Positions 63,614-64,000 of a stretch of DNA of 64,000 bases are shown in pieces. The notes beneath the pieces are model-generated. The model saw only the letters and a program-made list of their open reading frames with translations, did no database searches and was not told where the DNA came from. The translations under genes and the position numbers were made by a program. Each line of letters begins with the position of its first letter. The first letter of the stretch is position 1. Origin of the DNA: Burkholderiales bacterium (GTDB lineage Bacteria > Pseudomonadota > Gammaproteobacteria > Burkholderiales > SG8-39); NCBI GenBank assembly GCA_036560705.1, contig DATBQR010000121.1, forward strand, positions 60,613 through 124,612. Reading direction: 5' to 3'.

Positions 63614-64000
63614 CCCGGAAAAATGGACGGATGCCCGGCCGCGCGCGGCAGCGCGGCGTGGTGCTGATGATCGCGCTGATCGTGCTGGTGGCGATGACGC
63701 TGGCCGGCATTGCGCTGATGCGCTCGGTGGACACGACCAGCCTGATCGCCGGCAACCTGGCGTTCCAGCAGGCCGCGACCAGTTCCGGCGACACCGGCAC
63801 GGAGGCCGCCATCACCTGGCTGACCGCCAACAACACCGCCGGCTATCTCTGGAACAACACGCCGTCGCAGGGCTACATGGCGCAGCGCCAGGATCCGGTG
63901 ACCGGCCAGAGCTGGGACTCCTTCTGGACGTCCGTGATCAACCCGCCCGGAGGGCCTTCTCTGGTGACCTCCCTGGGGCAGGACCAGGCCGGCAACACCG
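63607..64000 (+). CDS. pilX: type IV pilus minor pilin PilX (3' end outside window)
   Basis: Not in the ORF track because there is no stop in the window. My translation from ATG 63607 is MLTRKNGRMPGRARQRGVVLMIALIVLVAMTLAGIALMRSVDT..., a PilX_N-type N-terminus. Overlaps the pilW stop. Confidence 0.7.
   Translation, partial: MLTRKNGRMPGRARQRGVVLMIALIVLVAMTLAGIALMRSVDTTSLIAGNLAFQQAATSSGDTGTEAAITWLTANNTAGYLWNNTPSQGYMAQRQDPVTGQSWDSFWTSVINPPGGPSLVTSLGQDQAGNT

Overview
High-GC (about 65-70% by eye, not computed), very gene-dense chromosomal segment. Gene content and synteny look betaproteobacterial: exbB-exbD-lpxK-ycaR-kdsB-adk, xseB-ispA-dxs, ribF-ileS-lspA-ispH, tsaE-amiC/mutL-miaA, argG/argF-argD, three Bug/TctC-family binding proteins and a fimT-pilVWX minor-pilin operon. 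I call 71 protein-coding genes (70 with a 3' end in the window), most of them housekeeping. I found no rRNA, tRNA, CRISPR array, transposase, integrase or phage gene, and no obvious defence island. Many neighbouring genes overlap by 1-4 bp (ATGA, GTGA, TTGA, TGATG), and non-ATG starts are frequent. The best candidate for an undescribed system is the co-directional, overlapping cluster at 621-7045. It holds a GT39 GT-C glycosyltransferase, a UbiA-type polyprenyl-phosphate phosphoribosyltransferase-like enzyme, a stand-alone cNMP-binding protein, a DedA/TVP38::flavoprotein-disulfide-reductase fusion, a GT2 and a DUF2064 protein. Other signals not explained by the gene list: (1) four DnaA-box 9-mers, a 68% AT tract and a perfect 19-bp palindrome in the xseA/exbB divergent intergenic region; (2) TAG used as often as TGA as stop codon, with five convergent gene pairs sharing a palindromic CTAG stop/stop overlap; (3) a rare-codon AT-rich island inside tsaE just upstream of amiC; (4) a probable CTG start for kdsB; (5) several leaderless or SD-less start contexts, including two divergent gene pairs whose ATG codons overlap. 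All functional calls rest on motif recognition in the supplied translations. No database search was run.
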